NCBI GenBank assembly: GCA_964016885.1
Contig: OZ024750.1
Coordinates: forward strand, 22,878,001-22,942,000
Direction of reading: 5' to 3'
From: Eledone cirrhosa
Lineage: Eukaryota
Length of the DNA stretch: 64,000 nucleotides
Position numbers and translations under genes: made by a program. The notes under the pieces were generated by a model. It did not search any database. It worked only from the letters and a program-made list of their open reading frames with translations, and had not been told where the DNA came from. Shown piece after piece: positions 49,756 through 62,683 of this stretch. Positions within the stretch are counted from its first letter, which is position 1, and each line of letters opens with the position of its first letter.

Positions 49756-50740
49756 TCTCGAGTCTTACAATTAACCTGTTAATAATTCTATTGACAGATT
49801 AATTGCATAAGTTTATTTTAAAAACTACCTGGTTGAGTGCTTATTCGATTTGTGCTATCTATGCATTTTTTTGTATGATATACACATACTGAATTCATTT
49901 GCCAAAATCTGGGGTTTTTCCCCTTGTGACTTACACATGTGCTTTTACAAAGTTCTGCGTCACTCACAAAGTTGGTTACAGAGCAAAATACCTGTGGATA
50001 ACGTGATATTCCTTGTTCGATCTTTATGCTAAAAGCTTATAGTTTTAAGCAGACAGTATTATTGATTTAGGTGTCATAGAAACCCTGCATTTGGATTTTA
50101 CCATCAATTCCATTTGGGTCCAGGTCTGTTTTTATCATTTATTTTGTTTGACCTGTTTAGCTTGATTTGTTTTTTTTGGCTTAGGTGGTTAATGCCTTCT
50201 TGAACACTTTTTCAGTTTGTATGGCGTTTTAACATATTGCTTAGCTCTAGTTTTCTTAACTATTGGAGCGCTTGCCAGCATAACTACGATTTTGCGTTTC
50301 GTTTCGCTTTTTCTACCGGCCGAAATACGATTCTCGCTGAATTTATATTTATATATATATATATATATATATGAAACTAAAAAAATCAATCTGTGAACGC
50401 AGAAGTAAATATTTCGAAAAACGGTACACACTATATATACATATATATATATATACACACGCACACACACAGCGACGTCATAATGTCGTAATGCAGACAG
50501 CCATACATACAGACAGATATTATAAGGGCGCAACGTTATATCTAAAAAGAAAGACTAAGAATTATAGAGAGAGATCGCTAAATCGCCTAATGCGGTCCCT
50601 AGGGCATTGAAAATTTGAAATTCCTTTTGCTCAAAACACTCACGACCATAAGCATTACATGTGTAAAGTTTGAAAACAATCGGTTGGATGGTACTCGAGT
50701 TTTAGGGAGTCAGACATACAGACATTCTCTGTTTTATATA
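49579..50740 (-). mobile_element. Non-autonomous Helitron-type element (second copy)
   Basis: Same ~400-bp head and 3' cccgagcaacgccggg...CTAG|T end on the - strand; different internal cargo. Confidence 0.8.
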
Positions 50741-50841
50741 TATATATATAAACCAACAGAAAAAAGAAAAAGTTAAGGTATATATATAAAACGAACAGAA
50801 AAAAAAATTAAGGTGTATATATATATATACAATATATTAAT

Positions 50842-51026
50842 TGTTTCTACTTTTGGCACAAGGCCAGCAATTACCCAGTGCATTACTGGTACTTTATTTT
50901 ATCGACCCCGTAAGGATGAAAGGCAAAGTCAACCTCGGCGGGATTTGAACTCAGATCGTAAAGGGACGTAACTATGCTGGAAAGCATGGCGTCCGACCCT
51001 CTACCGATACTGCCAATCCACCGCCC
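50842..51026 (-). mobile_element. Full-length young tRNA-derived SINE
   Basis: A box tggcagtatcgg, B box gagttcaaatcc, central gcctttcatccttacggggtcgataaa, 13-bp TSD acaatatattaat (50829..50841, 51027..51039). Confidence 0.9.
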
Positions 51027-51390
51027 ACAATATATTAATAAATGGAAACTATATTTATAAAACCATAATTATTTTATTATATATATTTCAAGGGCAACCA
51101 AGGCAGTTTTGATGCGCTTTCATCAGATAAAATACAAAATTTGTTTTATAAATGTTGACATACCCGTAGAAAAACAACCTTGACGGTTGAAGGTTCGCTG
51201 GATAGTGGAAACATTTTTTATTGAGGGTTATTGCCCTTGAAATATATATAATAATATAATTATGGTTTTATAAATATAGTTTCCATTTATTAATATATTG
51301 AATATTTACTCCAGTAATTTGTTGAGTGCTTTATTTCAGTTATAAAACTTTTAAGCTTGTTGAATCCCAACAAATTAAATATAACTTCTG
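51027..51390 (+). mobile_element. Penelope-like pLTR fold-back element, diverged relative of 47859..48290
   Basis: Inverted arms about 51028..51088 / 51231..51300; homologous spacer and tail; hammerhead on the - strand; interrupted at the left end by a SINE. Confidence 0.72.
51071..51133 (-). ncRNA. Minimal type I hammerhead ribozyme
   Basis: attttat-CTGATGA-aagcgcatcaa...ttggttgccctt-GAAA-tatata-TA-ataaaat: perfect 7-bp stem I, intact core. Confidence 0.8.
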
Positions 51391-52008
51391 CATATATATA
51401 TATAAACTTAAATCTGTATAAATGCATACACTGTGTTGTAACCGAGACTGTACCAACACATATAAATATATACACATATCTAATATGTAGCCATATAAAC
51501 ATGCCAAAAAATACGAATTTCCCTGTAAAATGAAAAATGATAAACATCTTTAATCAATTTTCGGATCTAATTGGATCCTGATCAGAAGACATGTAGTTCA
51601 TCCAATTAATCCTAAAGAAACATGAATTTGATGGGTAAATATATCATATTTGTTTTTAGTATTATTCTGAATATAAAGCAAATTTAGCTGAGGCGTGGGT
51701 CTGCTTATATGCAGAGCTGACTGATCAGGCACTGTATATTCTAGAAAATATCATATATTTTCACTAGCTCTGACAGTTGGCAGGTAAGCAGTATACGGTA
51801 CTGATGAAAGGTACTCACCCAGAAACATTAGTGTCTGCCAACATTATATGCCAACACAAGAGCAAGAATGACGAGGTTGTTCTACTCACATGGCTTAAAG
51901 AGGCTGTTTGATTATTGCAAACGAATCGAATATTATTATTAATATTCGAAAAACTCAGATTTACATTTCTTGTACTTAGCCATGTAGAGGAATAACACTA
52001 TTTATTAG

Positions 52009-52072
<64 letters not shown>

Positions 52073-52295
52073 GAATAATCGAGTATCGAAAAATCGGCGC
52101 ACGAGTTCACGATAAACAAAATTCGAGATGAGCGGCAGAGGGCTCTATAATTCAAATAAATTAGAGCTATAACTATCGTTAAAATACCGTCACACGTAGA
52201 ATATGTCTACAATCAACCAAATAACCGAAAAGTTCGATATGGAAGATTCGGGACACTCAGATAAATTATCAATAAATCAATAAATGAAATGAATG

Positions 52296-52330
<35 letters not shown>

Positions 52331-52339
<9 letters not shown>

Positions 52340-52610
52340 AACAAAAGATGGTTAAAGGAGTTCCATGTATTTTATTATGCGCATTTCAAAAACAAATATC
52401 ATCATGTCCTCCTGTTTTATCTGATGAAAACACAAATATTATTGCATGATGATATTTGTTTTTGAAATGCGCATAATAAAATACATGGAACTCTTTTAAC
52501 CATCTTTTGTTCTTATATATTATGTATACTCCAGTCCCACAAACTGTAGAGTGCTTCTTATACGATATCTGCATTGCTTTATTGTACTACAATAAAACTC
52601 ACCTCCTACA
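52331..52610 (+). mobile_element. Penelope-like pLTR fold-back element in (TA)n
   Basis: 76-bp arms 52331..52406 / 52445..52520; hammerhead; tail with ACTC...GAGTGC motif. Confidence 0.75.
52414..52482 (+). ncRNA. Minimal type I hammerhead ribozyme
   Basis: gttttat-CTGATGA-aaacacaaatattatt(gcat)gatgatatttgttttt-GAAA-tgcgca-TA-ataaaat: long stem II, palindromic helix III. Confidence 0.85.
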
Positions 52611-52824
52611 TATATATATATATATATTTAAATAAAAAATACGTAAAGGTTGGATTCCAATAACTTTTTTATTGTTGCATAATACGTATTACTGTGGTTA
52701 ATTGATTACCTTATCAGATCATGATTCAATTCAATCGGCAACGTCTGTTGATCAGCATGACTGGATCACAAACTGTGCCTGTATCTGTGTCTGTGTGTAT
52801 GTGGTTTGCCTCTGTGCGTGCGTG

Positions 52825-53300
52825 TGAGTGTGTGTGTGTGTGGTGTGTTGTAGTGTAGTATGATGTGGTGGTGTGTTGGGTGTGTGCGTGTGTGTGTGTG
52901 GTGTGTTGTAGTGTAGTATGATGTGGTGGTGTGTTGGGTGTGTGCCTGTGTGTGTGTGTGGTGTGTTGTAGTGTAGTATGATGTGGTGGTGTGTTGGGTG
53001 TGTGTGTGTGTGTGTGTGTGGTGTGTTGTAGTGTAGTATGATGTGGTGGTGTGTTGGGTGTGTGCGTGTGTGTGTGAGTGTGTGTGGTGTGTTGTAGTGT
53101 AGTATGATGTGGTGGTGTGTTGGGTGTGTGTGTGTGGTGTGTTGTAGTGTAGTATGATGTGGTGGTGTGTTGGGTGTGTGCGTGTGTGTGGTGTGTTGTA
53201 GTGTAGTATGATGTGGTGGTGTGTTGGGTGTGTGCGTGTGTGTGTGTGTGGTGTGTTGTAGTGTAGTATGATGTGGTGGTGTGTTGGGTGTGTCTGTGTG
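52825..53300. repeat. GT-rich minisatellite of about 55-60 bp
   Basis: Unit ggtgtgttgtagtgtagtatgatgtggtggtgtgttggg + variable (TG)n. Confidence 0.95.
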
Positions 53301-53629
53301 TGGGGTGTATGTGTGTGTGTGTTTTGTGGAGGTGTGTGGTGTACTGTGTGTATGTGTGTGTGTGTTGTGGTCTGTGTAAGTGTGAGTTTATCTGATGGTT
53401 AAACAATCCTAAATATCAATAAATACTGTTGCTTTTCTTCCGAATTCTCAAATACATACAGCTATGCTGGTGTGTGTGTATGTGTGTGTGTGCGTGCGTG
53501 TGTGTGCGTGCGTGTGCGTGTGCGTGTATGGGTGGTGTATGTAAAGAGAAAAAAAGGTGCAAGAGAGGGAGAGAAGAGGAACAGAAAAGAAATGTTTGAG
53601 AGAGAGAATAGGTGGAAAGGTGATGATAT

Positions 53630-53664
<35 letters not shown>

Positions 53665-53744
53665 GACGAAAAAGGGGAAGGAATTAAATATATTGATATA
53701 CTATAAGGAAAGATTAAAAGAATTATGTATGTATGTATGTATAT

Positions 53745-53804
<60 letters not shown>

Positions 53805-54011
53805 CATATCATCATCATCATCATCATCATCATCATTTTACGTCCGCTTTTCCATGCTTGCATCTTAAGAGCTCCTTTGCCCTTTGACAGGTTTTGTCTT
53901 TAGTCCTGCAGGATGTCCAAAGTCACCCTCCTCACCAAGAAACCTTGGTGGGGTTGCCAGTTTAGTCGCCAACGACCCGACCATGAGACAGGTCACCAGT
54001 TGGTGCTACTG

Positions 54012-54095
<84 letters not shown>

Positions 54096-54174
54096 ATTAT
54101 ATATACGTGACAATGGTTGCTAGGTTCTAAAAGAGTTAACTGATATCTGAGAGATGGGGAAGGAAATGGGATGC

Positions 54175-54861
54175 ATCATCATCATCATCATTATCACCAT
54201 CACCTTCCCACCACCACTATCACTACCATCATCATCACCAGTACCAGCACCGCCACCACCGTCATCGCTGCAACCGGCGCCGCCGCCGTTGCCACCACCA
54301 CCACCACCACCACCATCATCACCAGTACCAGCACCGCCACCACCACCACCATCACCACCACCATCATCACCAGTACCAGCACCACCACCACCACCATCAC
54401 CAGTACCACCACCACCACCACCACCACCACTACCACCACCACCACCATCATCACCAGTACCAGCACCGCCGCCACCACCACCACCATCATCACCACCATC
54501 ATCACCAGTACCAGCACCGCCGCCGCCACCACCACCACCACCATCATCACCACCATCATCACCAGTACCACCACCGCCGCCACCACCACCACCACCACCA
54601 CCACCACCATCATCACCGCCATCATCACCAGTACCAGCACCGCCACCACCACCACCACCACCACCACCACCACCACCACCACCACCACCACCACCACCAC
54701 CACCACCATCATCATCACCACCATCACCACCACCACCACCACCACCACCATCACCACCATCATCACCAGTACCACCACCACCACCACCACCACCACCACC
54801 ATCATCACCAGTACCACCACCACCACCACCACCATCACCACCACCACCACCACCACCACCA
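54175..54861. repeat. (CCA/TCA)n repeat
   Basis: Seen directly. Confidence 0.95.
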
Positions 54862-54957
54862 CAAAGAAGAAGAAGATAGAGCTGTTTAATGTTGTAAATT
54901 GTTGATCCACTGAGTCACACGTTCGGTTCCGTTTCATTAACACTACACACACGCACA

Positions 54958-55017
<60 letters not shown>

Positions 55018-55339
55018 AACACATGCACTACATACATACGAAAACACTACACATAAAACACACATAAATAGACACATATATACACATTACATACACGCAT
55101 TATAAACACGTACACACACTATATGCACATATACACACGCACACTATACACTACACACCTACTATATACATACACATACACCACACATATACACTATACA
55201 CACATACACTATACACATACACACAGGTACGCAGACATACACAGATACCCTCCACCCGCCTCTGACATCTCCTCCCTCTCACTTCCGTTTAATGTTTGCA
55301 ATCACATATTTCAATGGGAAATGGGAAACAGTTCAGAGG

Positions 55340-55501
55340 AACAACAACAACAGCAACAACAACAGCAACAGCAACAACATCAACAACAACAACAACAGCA
55401 ACAACAACAACAGCAACAACAGCAACAACAACAGCAACAGCAGCAACAACAACAGCAACAGCAACAGCAACAACAACAACAACAACAGCAGCAACAACAG
55501 C

Positions 55502-55541
<40 letters not shown>

Positions 55542-55635
55542 GCAACAACAACAGCAACAGCAACAACAACAGCAACAACAACAACAACAACAGCTGCAGC
55601 AACAGCAACAACAACAACAGCAACAACGACAACAA
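55340..55635. repeat. (CAA/CAG)n repeat
   Basis: Seen directly. Confidence 0.95.
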
Positions 55636-56391
55636 AAGGTTTCCTCAATATGTAGTGATGAAAGCTTACAAATTGTTTTATAATGGCGGAATTGAACAGT
55701 GATATTGATGTTGGAATTGGAGCAATGTCAATGACTCAAACAGCTTTCGAACCTCTGGATATAACTTTGTTTTAACTATAACACGTGGAATGGATCTCCT
55801 TCGGTCTCGACGATGACTGTTCCAGTTGCTCGATTAACAGAACTGACGGCTCATGAAATTAACGTGCAAGTGGCTGAATATTCCACATTCTACATTATAT
55901 GTGTGTATGTGTGGTCCCGTAACTCCTGATAAAGTCGTAGGGGCGCCGTATTTACATATGGCGTTTGGGGGGCATTTTAAGCCTGGCGGTGCCCGTCTCT
56001 TCTCCAGACCTCGGTACAGCAGATTTCTCCCAGAGAAAGATAGAAAATGCGAGAGAAATGAGAAAGAATCTAGAATGAGAAAAAAAAATCTAGAAAAAAT
56101 CTAGAGGAAGAATCGACACCAGTACTAGACTGGTACTTTTTTTTATCGACCTCGAAAGGATGAAAGGCAAAGTTGACTTCGGTGGGATTTGAACTCAGAG
56201 AACAAAGAGCCGGAAGGAATACCATAAAGCATTCTATCCGACGTTCTAACGACTCTGCCAATTCACTGCCTATACAGTACATCTACTCCTAATGTAATTC
56301 TCGGGGTAATTCTGCATGATACAGAGTCTGGCAAGTCTGGACCTTTGAATTAGAAGTACAGTTCGTCTTGTATTACAGTGTAAGTGGTTAA

Positions 56392-56608
56392 GGCGGTGGA
56401 TTGGCAGTATCGGTAGAGGGTCGGACGCCATGCTTTGCAGCATAGAGTTACGTCCCTTTATGATCTGAGTTCAAATCCCGCCGAGGTTAACTTTGCCTTT
56501 CATCTTTACAGGGTCGATGAAATAAAGTACCAGTTACGCACTGGAGGTCGATTTAATCGACTTTCCTCTCCCCCAAAATTACTGGCCTTGTGCCTTATAT
56601 AAGAAACC
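56392..56608 (+). mobile_element. Full-length tRNA-derived SINE, same family
   Basis: A/B boxes; about 20-bp imperfect TSD atta(c/t)agtgtaagtgg. Confidence 0.85.
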
Positions 56609-57679
56609 ATTATAGTGTAAGTGGCTGAGCATTCTATAGGCATGTAATTCTCGGGGACATTCAACATTCTTCTTCTTTTTCTCCACCTGATCCGGCTGGA
56701 TCTCCAAGTGCGATTAGTCGACCTCATGGATGTTATGGGTCTATACAGTAGGGAGTGAACACGATTTTAACTATGTTATGAGACTTCCTTCGTTGTGATA
56801 TGGTTTGTTCGTAACTGTGAAATGTTTTCTGTGTTCTGGTTGTAAGAATGTTCACTGAATTAGCACCACCTCAATGTTGTGTGTGATGGTAGAATCTTTT
56901 AGTTCCATCAAGGTGTTTCTCACGACATTTTATGTGCATGTATGTGCGTTTGTGTGTTTATGTTCGTAATCATACCGACACGCGCTTACACATTTGAATT
57001 ACAGGCACAACTTATTTTTTTCCAGCTGAGTGAACTGAAGAAACGTGACATTAAGGTTAGCCGCACACCCTAACCGCTAAGTCACGCGCCACCACACACG
57101 CACACATACATACACATCGATTGATATGTATATGTGGACCTGTAACTCCTGACAGAATCGTAGGGGCGCCGTAGTGACATATGTCTTCAGCATTTTAAAC
57201 CTGGCGGTGCCCCCTTCCCTCCTCTCCGGGTCTAAACACGGCCGATTTCTTCAAGGGAGAGTGGTAAAAAGGAAGTAAGAAAGAGATATAAACGAAGAAT
57301 CGACCCCAGTCTTGGATGGTACTTTTTTTTATGGACCTCGAAATAATGAAAGGCAAAGCTGACCTCGGCAGGTTTTGAACTCACAGAGCAGACAGCCGGA
57401 ATAATTGCCACAAAGCATTCTATCCGACATTCTAACGTCTCCGCCAACTCACTGCCTTACATACAGGTTTACATGCATACAGATACGTAGGAGTTCTATT
57501 AATTAGGTATACAACTTTCGTTCTACATAATCCTTCGATCTAACAATGTAAATCAGTATTTACTGTCAAGGGTAGGAGTGGTGGTCGGTGGTGGAGTCAG
57601 TATAACAACTGTCACTCGAGCAAGAAAGCTGTCGCCTATCTCTTGTATTGGTAATGGGCTTTGATAAAATACACTGTTA

Positions 57680-58815
57680 ATAATTGTTTCTACTTTTTGG
57701 CACAAGGTCAGCAATTTTTGGAGGGAAGGGGGAAAGTCGATTAAATCGACCCCAGTTCATTACTGGTACTTTATTTTATCGACCCCCCCCCCCCGTAAGG
57801 ATGAAAGGCAAATCTAACCTCGCCGGGATTTGAACTCAGAACATAAAGGGCCGTAACTCTATGCCGCAAAGCATTTTGTCCGACGCTCTACCGATTCTGC
57901 TATGGCCACAAGGGCCGATGTGTAGGGGAAAATACAAAGACACGAACAGTGGGAGTTTACAATAAGCTCGAGTAGAAGTGCACAATAGCAAAACCAATTT
58001 AACAATTAAAATATATAATAAACTATGTATGAACATAACAAAATAAATTCCCCAGTAGTGGGGTGGACGACCCAGGGATAATAATAATAATGATTTCTAG
58101 TATAGGCACAAGGCCAGTAATTTATTTTTGGGGGGGAGTCGATTAAATCGACCCCAGTACGTTACTGGTGCTTTATTTTATCGACCCCCTAAGGATGAAA
58201 GGCAAAGTTAACCTCGGCAGGATTTCAACTCAGACCGCAAAGGGCCGTAACTCTATGCTGCAAAACATGGCGTTCGACCCTCTAACGATACTGACAATAA
58301 TTGTTTCTATTTTTGGCACAAGACCAGCAATTACCCCAGTGCATTACTGGTGCTTTATTTTACCGACCCTGTAAGGACGAAAAGCAAAGTTAACCTCGGC
58401 GGGATTTGAACTCAGAACGTAAAGGGTCGTAACTCTATGCCACAAAGCATGGCGTCCGACCCTCTACCGATACTGCCAATAGTGTCTGCTTTGCTGAAAT
58501 CAGTCCGTTAGCAGGAATCTGACATTGAATATGACGTAGTTACGACGTGTCATAAATTTTGTCTCAGCACACATGAACAGAATTATATACCAACATGACC
58601 GTCTTAAATCGACCCCAGTTCATTACTGGTACTTTATTTTATCGACCCCTCACCCCCCCCCCCCCCGTAAGCATGAAAGGCAAATCTAACCTCGCCGGGA
58701 TTTGAACTCAGAACATAAAGGGCCGTAACTCTATGCGGCAAAGCATTTTGTCCGACGCTCTACCGATTCTGCTATGGCCACAAGGGCCGATGTGTAGGGG
58801 AAAATACAAAGACAC
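57680..58815 (-). mobile_element. Pile-up of four SINE copies including a local duplication
   Basis: Repeated gtactttattttatcgacccc...ggatgaaaggcaaa...gggatttgaactcag blocks. Confidence 0.85.
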
Positions 58816-59244
58816 TGCTACTCTACCTCCTCCACCCTCCCCACAAGGAACTGTCACTCTCGTGTTATCATCAATCAGAAGTTACTCAGTTCAACTATAT
58901 AGATATATATGTGTGTGTGAGTAACAGCAACATGGCCGAATGATAAAGAAGTTCGTTTAGCAAATCATTAGTTCCCAGGTTCGACTCCACAACACGGAAC
59001 CTTTGGCAACTGTCATTTACCATTGTCTTAGCTCGTGCCAGTGAAATCGTTCTAAAAAGTGACGCGGGTGTATACAGCTGCACCTAATGACACAGATATA
59101 TAGTTGCACCGAGTGACATTAGCGTATATGTGTATAATATATATATATATGGGGGGGGGGGGTTTATCCCGGGTTCAATCGGAGGTAACCACAGTAAGTA
59201 AGGTACTCAATACATAGCAGAGTATAACTGTTTAATATAGAAAT

Positions 59245-59296
59245 GGCTTCTACAGGACTAGAACTGTTTCATTCGGAGGAAATCATCAGGAAAGCC
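59245..59296 (-). ncRNA. Degenerate hammerhead-like motif
   Basis: ggctttc-CTGATGA-tttcctccgaat-GAAA-cagttctag-TC-ctgtagaagcc: core and GUC site intact, proximal stem I disrupted. Confidence 0.5.
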
Positions 59297-59348
<52 letters not shown>

Positions 59349-59410
59349 CGAAGGGAGTGTGGTAAGGAACCAGATGGACCATAAGGCACCAGAGTACTCA
59401 ATACTTAGCG

Positions 59411-59477
<67 letters not shown>

Positions 59478-59753
59478 AACATGTGTGTGTGTGTACTCTG
59501 GAAAACATTATGCATCCACTCAATATATTGAGTACCTTATTCAACTGTAGTTTGACCTGAAGAAGCTAAATAGGCCTCCCCTATTGTCTTAAAAAATCGA
59601 AATGACACGCATAATGTCATCGATATACAAAAAAGACGGCATGATCACAGCTGGAATGTTCCTGATTAATGTCATTGATCACAGCCACTGTGTCAAGGAT
59701 AGAGAGGGGGAGGGGGGGGGGGGAGAAAGAGAGGGAGCGAGAGATAGCTAGAA

Positions 59754-59819
<66 letters not shown>

Positions 59820-59851
59820 GGCAGGAGATCAGCCGTCGGGGTCCCGAATTC

Positions 59852-59894
<43 letters not shown>

Positions 59895-59948
59895 CGGCGA
59901 TGAATTAGTTTTGCGAGGTTTTTTATATGAAATCGTGTGTCGAAACAA

Positions 59949-60380
59949 ATATTGTTATACTTGGGGAGGGTCATATTTGTGTAATATTGCCAGAATTAAT
60001 AACAGAACACACTCACTGTTTGCATGCGCAAAGAAGACAAAATAAAATAAACAAACAACCAAATAAATAAATAAATAAATATATAGACAGACTGAATAAA
60101 AAAATGGCGTAGACATACAGCACAACAGGAGGAAAATATAACACCACTGACGATGTTGCAGATGTGCAACGAAAGATTTATGATAGACTATATATATGTG
60201 TTTGTGTCTATATTGTATCTGTATTATTTTTGACCGTCGGTCAGTCAATGGCAACATTGAGGACCGAGTAAGTTAGATTACCGATATAAAAGACAGCGAG
60301 AAGCGAAAACCAACCAAACAGTGAGTGTGTTCTGTTATTAATTCTGGCAATATTACACAAATATGACCCTCCCCAAGTAT

Positions 60381-60388
<8 letters not shown>
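59949..60388. mobile_element. Inverted-repeat element next to (TA)n
   Basis: Perfect 74-bp arms 59949..60022 / 60315..60388. Confidence 0.6.
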
Positions 60389-60457
<69 letters not shown>

Positions 60458-61329
60458 TAGATAGATAGAGAGAGAGAGAGAGGTGGAGGATAGAACAAAT
60501 ATACTGAGACACCTAATTGTGTTCATTCAGTAAAATATAATTGTATCATCGATCATGTTAGTCAAGCAGACGACTGAGGTTTTAAAACACAACGCTTCAG
60601 ATTACACTTTACAATTAGTTGTAGTACTAATATAACCCGTCTATCTGATATGATCATAGCTTAAAACATTCACAGCGAGACTCTTGTATGTTTATTATGC
60701 ATAAACATAAGGGCGATGGATTAGCAGAATCGGTAGAGAGTCAGACACCATGCTTTGTAGCATAGAGTTACGACCCTTTACGTTCTGTATTTAAATCCCG
60801 CCGAAGTTAGCTTTGCCTTTTAGCCATTTTGGGCTCAATAAAATAAAATACCAGTAATACACTGTGGTCGATTTAATCAACTTTCGCCTCCTCTTCAAAT
60901 TACTGGTCTTGTGCCTAAAGTAGAAACAATTGTGCATAAAGATATCATATATGCCTTCACACACCTCTCTTACACTTTCCACTGGAACACTCATCGACGA
61001 AACCGACGGAGGTCCATTCCTATTTCCTTGCAGTGGCTATTGTAAAAATGAGAATGATTGCTAAGTGAAAGGCTCAGCTGTTCAGCTTGAAGACGCTTTT
61101 AAGTTTAAGCTTTGTTGTTAGGCGTAACCTTAGTTGTCCAGCAATTTTATAACATTCGGTTTACTTTTACAGTTTTCAGCTGTTGTCACAAACAGCGGGT
61201 TTAAAGGGAAGAAAATCGAACACTGCTACTTCAGTAATTCTATTGATTTATTTGTAAACACTTCTACTGTCCACAACGTTTCTAGTGTCCATTTATAGTG
61301 GCTACAGCACTTTGTGACTCTACTTACTG

Positions 61330-61790
61330 AGCCCACAGCAATTTTAGAGTCCACTTATAGTGTCCTCAACACATTTAGAGTACACCGCTAGTGTCATCAA
61401 AACTTTTAGTGTCCTCAACACTTTTAGAGTACACTGCTACTGTCCTCAGCACTTTTAGTGTCCTCAACACTTCTAGAGTACACTGCTAGTGTCCTCAACA
61501 CTTCTAGAGTACACTGCTAGTGTCCTGAACACTTCTAGAGTAAACTGCTAGCATCAACAACACTTTTAGAGCACACTGATAGTGTCAACAACACTTTTAG
61601 TGTCAACAACACTTTTAGTGTCCTCAACACTTTTAGTGTTAACGACACTTCTAGAGTACATTGCTAGTGTCCTCAACACTTTTAGAGTACACTGCTAGTA
61701 TCAACAACACTTTTAGAGTACACTGCTAGTGTCAACAACACTTTAAATGTTAACGACACTTCTAGAGTACACTGCTAGTATCAACAACAC
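61330..61790. repeat. Mixed minisatellite of about 29 and 16 bp
   Basis: acttctagagtacactgctagtgtcctcaac variants. Confidence 0.85.
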
Positions 61791-62271
61791 ATCACGTGTC
61801 CAAGTCACATCTAGTTGTCACATCATCCAGTGTCCACACCAAGTGTTTAGTACCCACATCTAGTATTTACAATATTACAACGATCTTGAGCCGAATACCC
61901 TAACCACAAAGGCCACACACCTTCACAATTAGTCGTGTATCTATTTTCTAAATGTGGTGAAAGAAGTCAATATGTCTGTCTGTATAACAACACCTTCTAC
62001 TCTACGTTGTGGACGTAGCATGGCCGAATTGTTAGGAAGCTTGCTTTGCAACCACTAATCCCAGGGTTCGATCTCACTGTGTGGAATCTTGAACAAGTGT
62101 TATAAACAATAGCCTCGTGTCAGCCCATGCCCTGTGGGTGAAATTAAATAGACAGAAACTGTTTCTAAGCCCACCAGATAAATTGTACCTGTAATTGAAA
62201 GGACCAGTCTTGTCACACAGTGTCACGCCGAATCTCCCTATTTACGGGAGTTAGGGGACACGTATCAATGA

Positions 62272-62683
62272 CTGAAAGAATGCAATCGCGAATACAAGCG
62301 GCCGAAATGGGGTTCCTCCGAAGGGTCTTTGGAGTAACGTTACTCATTGTATAAGTGCGTAGCTCGGAGATGAGAGAGTCACTCCAGGCAGAGCCGCTAC
62401 TTCTCCGAGTTGAGAGATCGCAGCTCCGATACTTTTGGGAATGTGGTTAGAATGTCTCAGGAAAGAATCGCTGGACAGATTTTACGGGCGAGCAAAACCA
62501 ACAGGTAGGAGAGCCATGGGTAGACCCCTGAGCAAGATGGTTGGATAATCTCCATGAGCTTGGCTGGTCTCGCTTAGGGATCCAGCTGGATCAGTTGGAG
62601 ACAGTTGCGAGGGAGTGTTTCAAGACTCCCCCCCCCCCACGACCCTCTCAGGAATAAGTGGGAGAAAAAAAAGAAGAGAAGGC
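62272..62683 (+). mobile_element. RTE-clade LINE 3' fragment with TSD
   Basis: LRVERSQLRYF / GNVVRMSQERIA / GRRAMGRP remnants, purine-rich tail, 14-bp flanks acacgt(a/g)tcaatga at 62258 and 62684. Confidence 0.75.

Noticed and set aside
51768-51835. 16-nt microexon candidate and an adjacent CTGATGA...GAAA motif
   Set aside because: No host gene identified; stems I and II of the hammerhead-like motif pair poorly.
54154-54905. 241-aa poly-Pro (extensin/formin-like) and poly-Thr ORFs
   Set aside because: Pure (CCA/TCA)n microsatellite open in several frames and strands; no unique domain or splice context.
55123-55702. Poly-Q/N/T ORFs
   Set aside because: (CAA/CAG)n repeat open in nearly all frames; the flanks are low-complexity.
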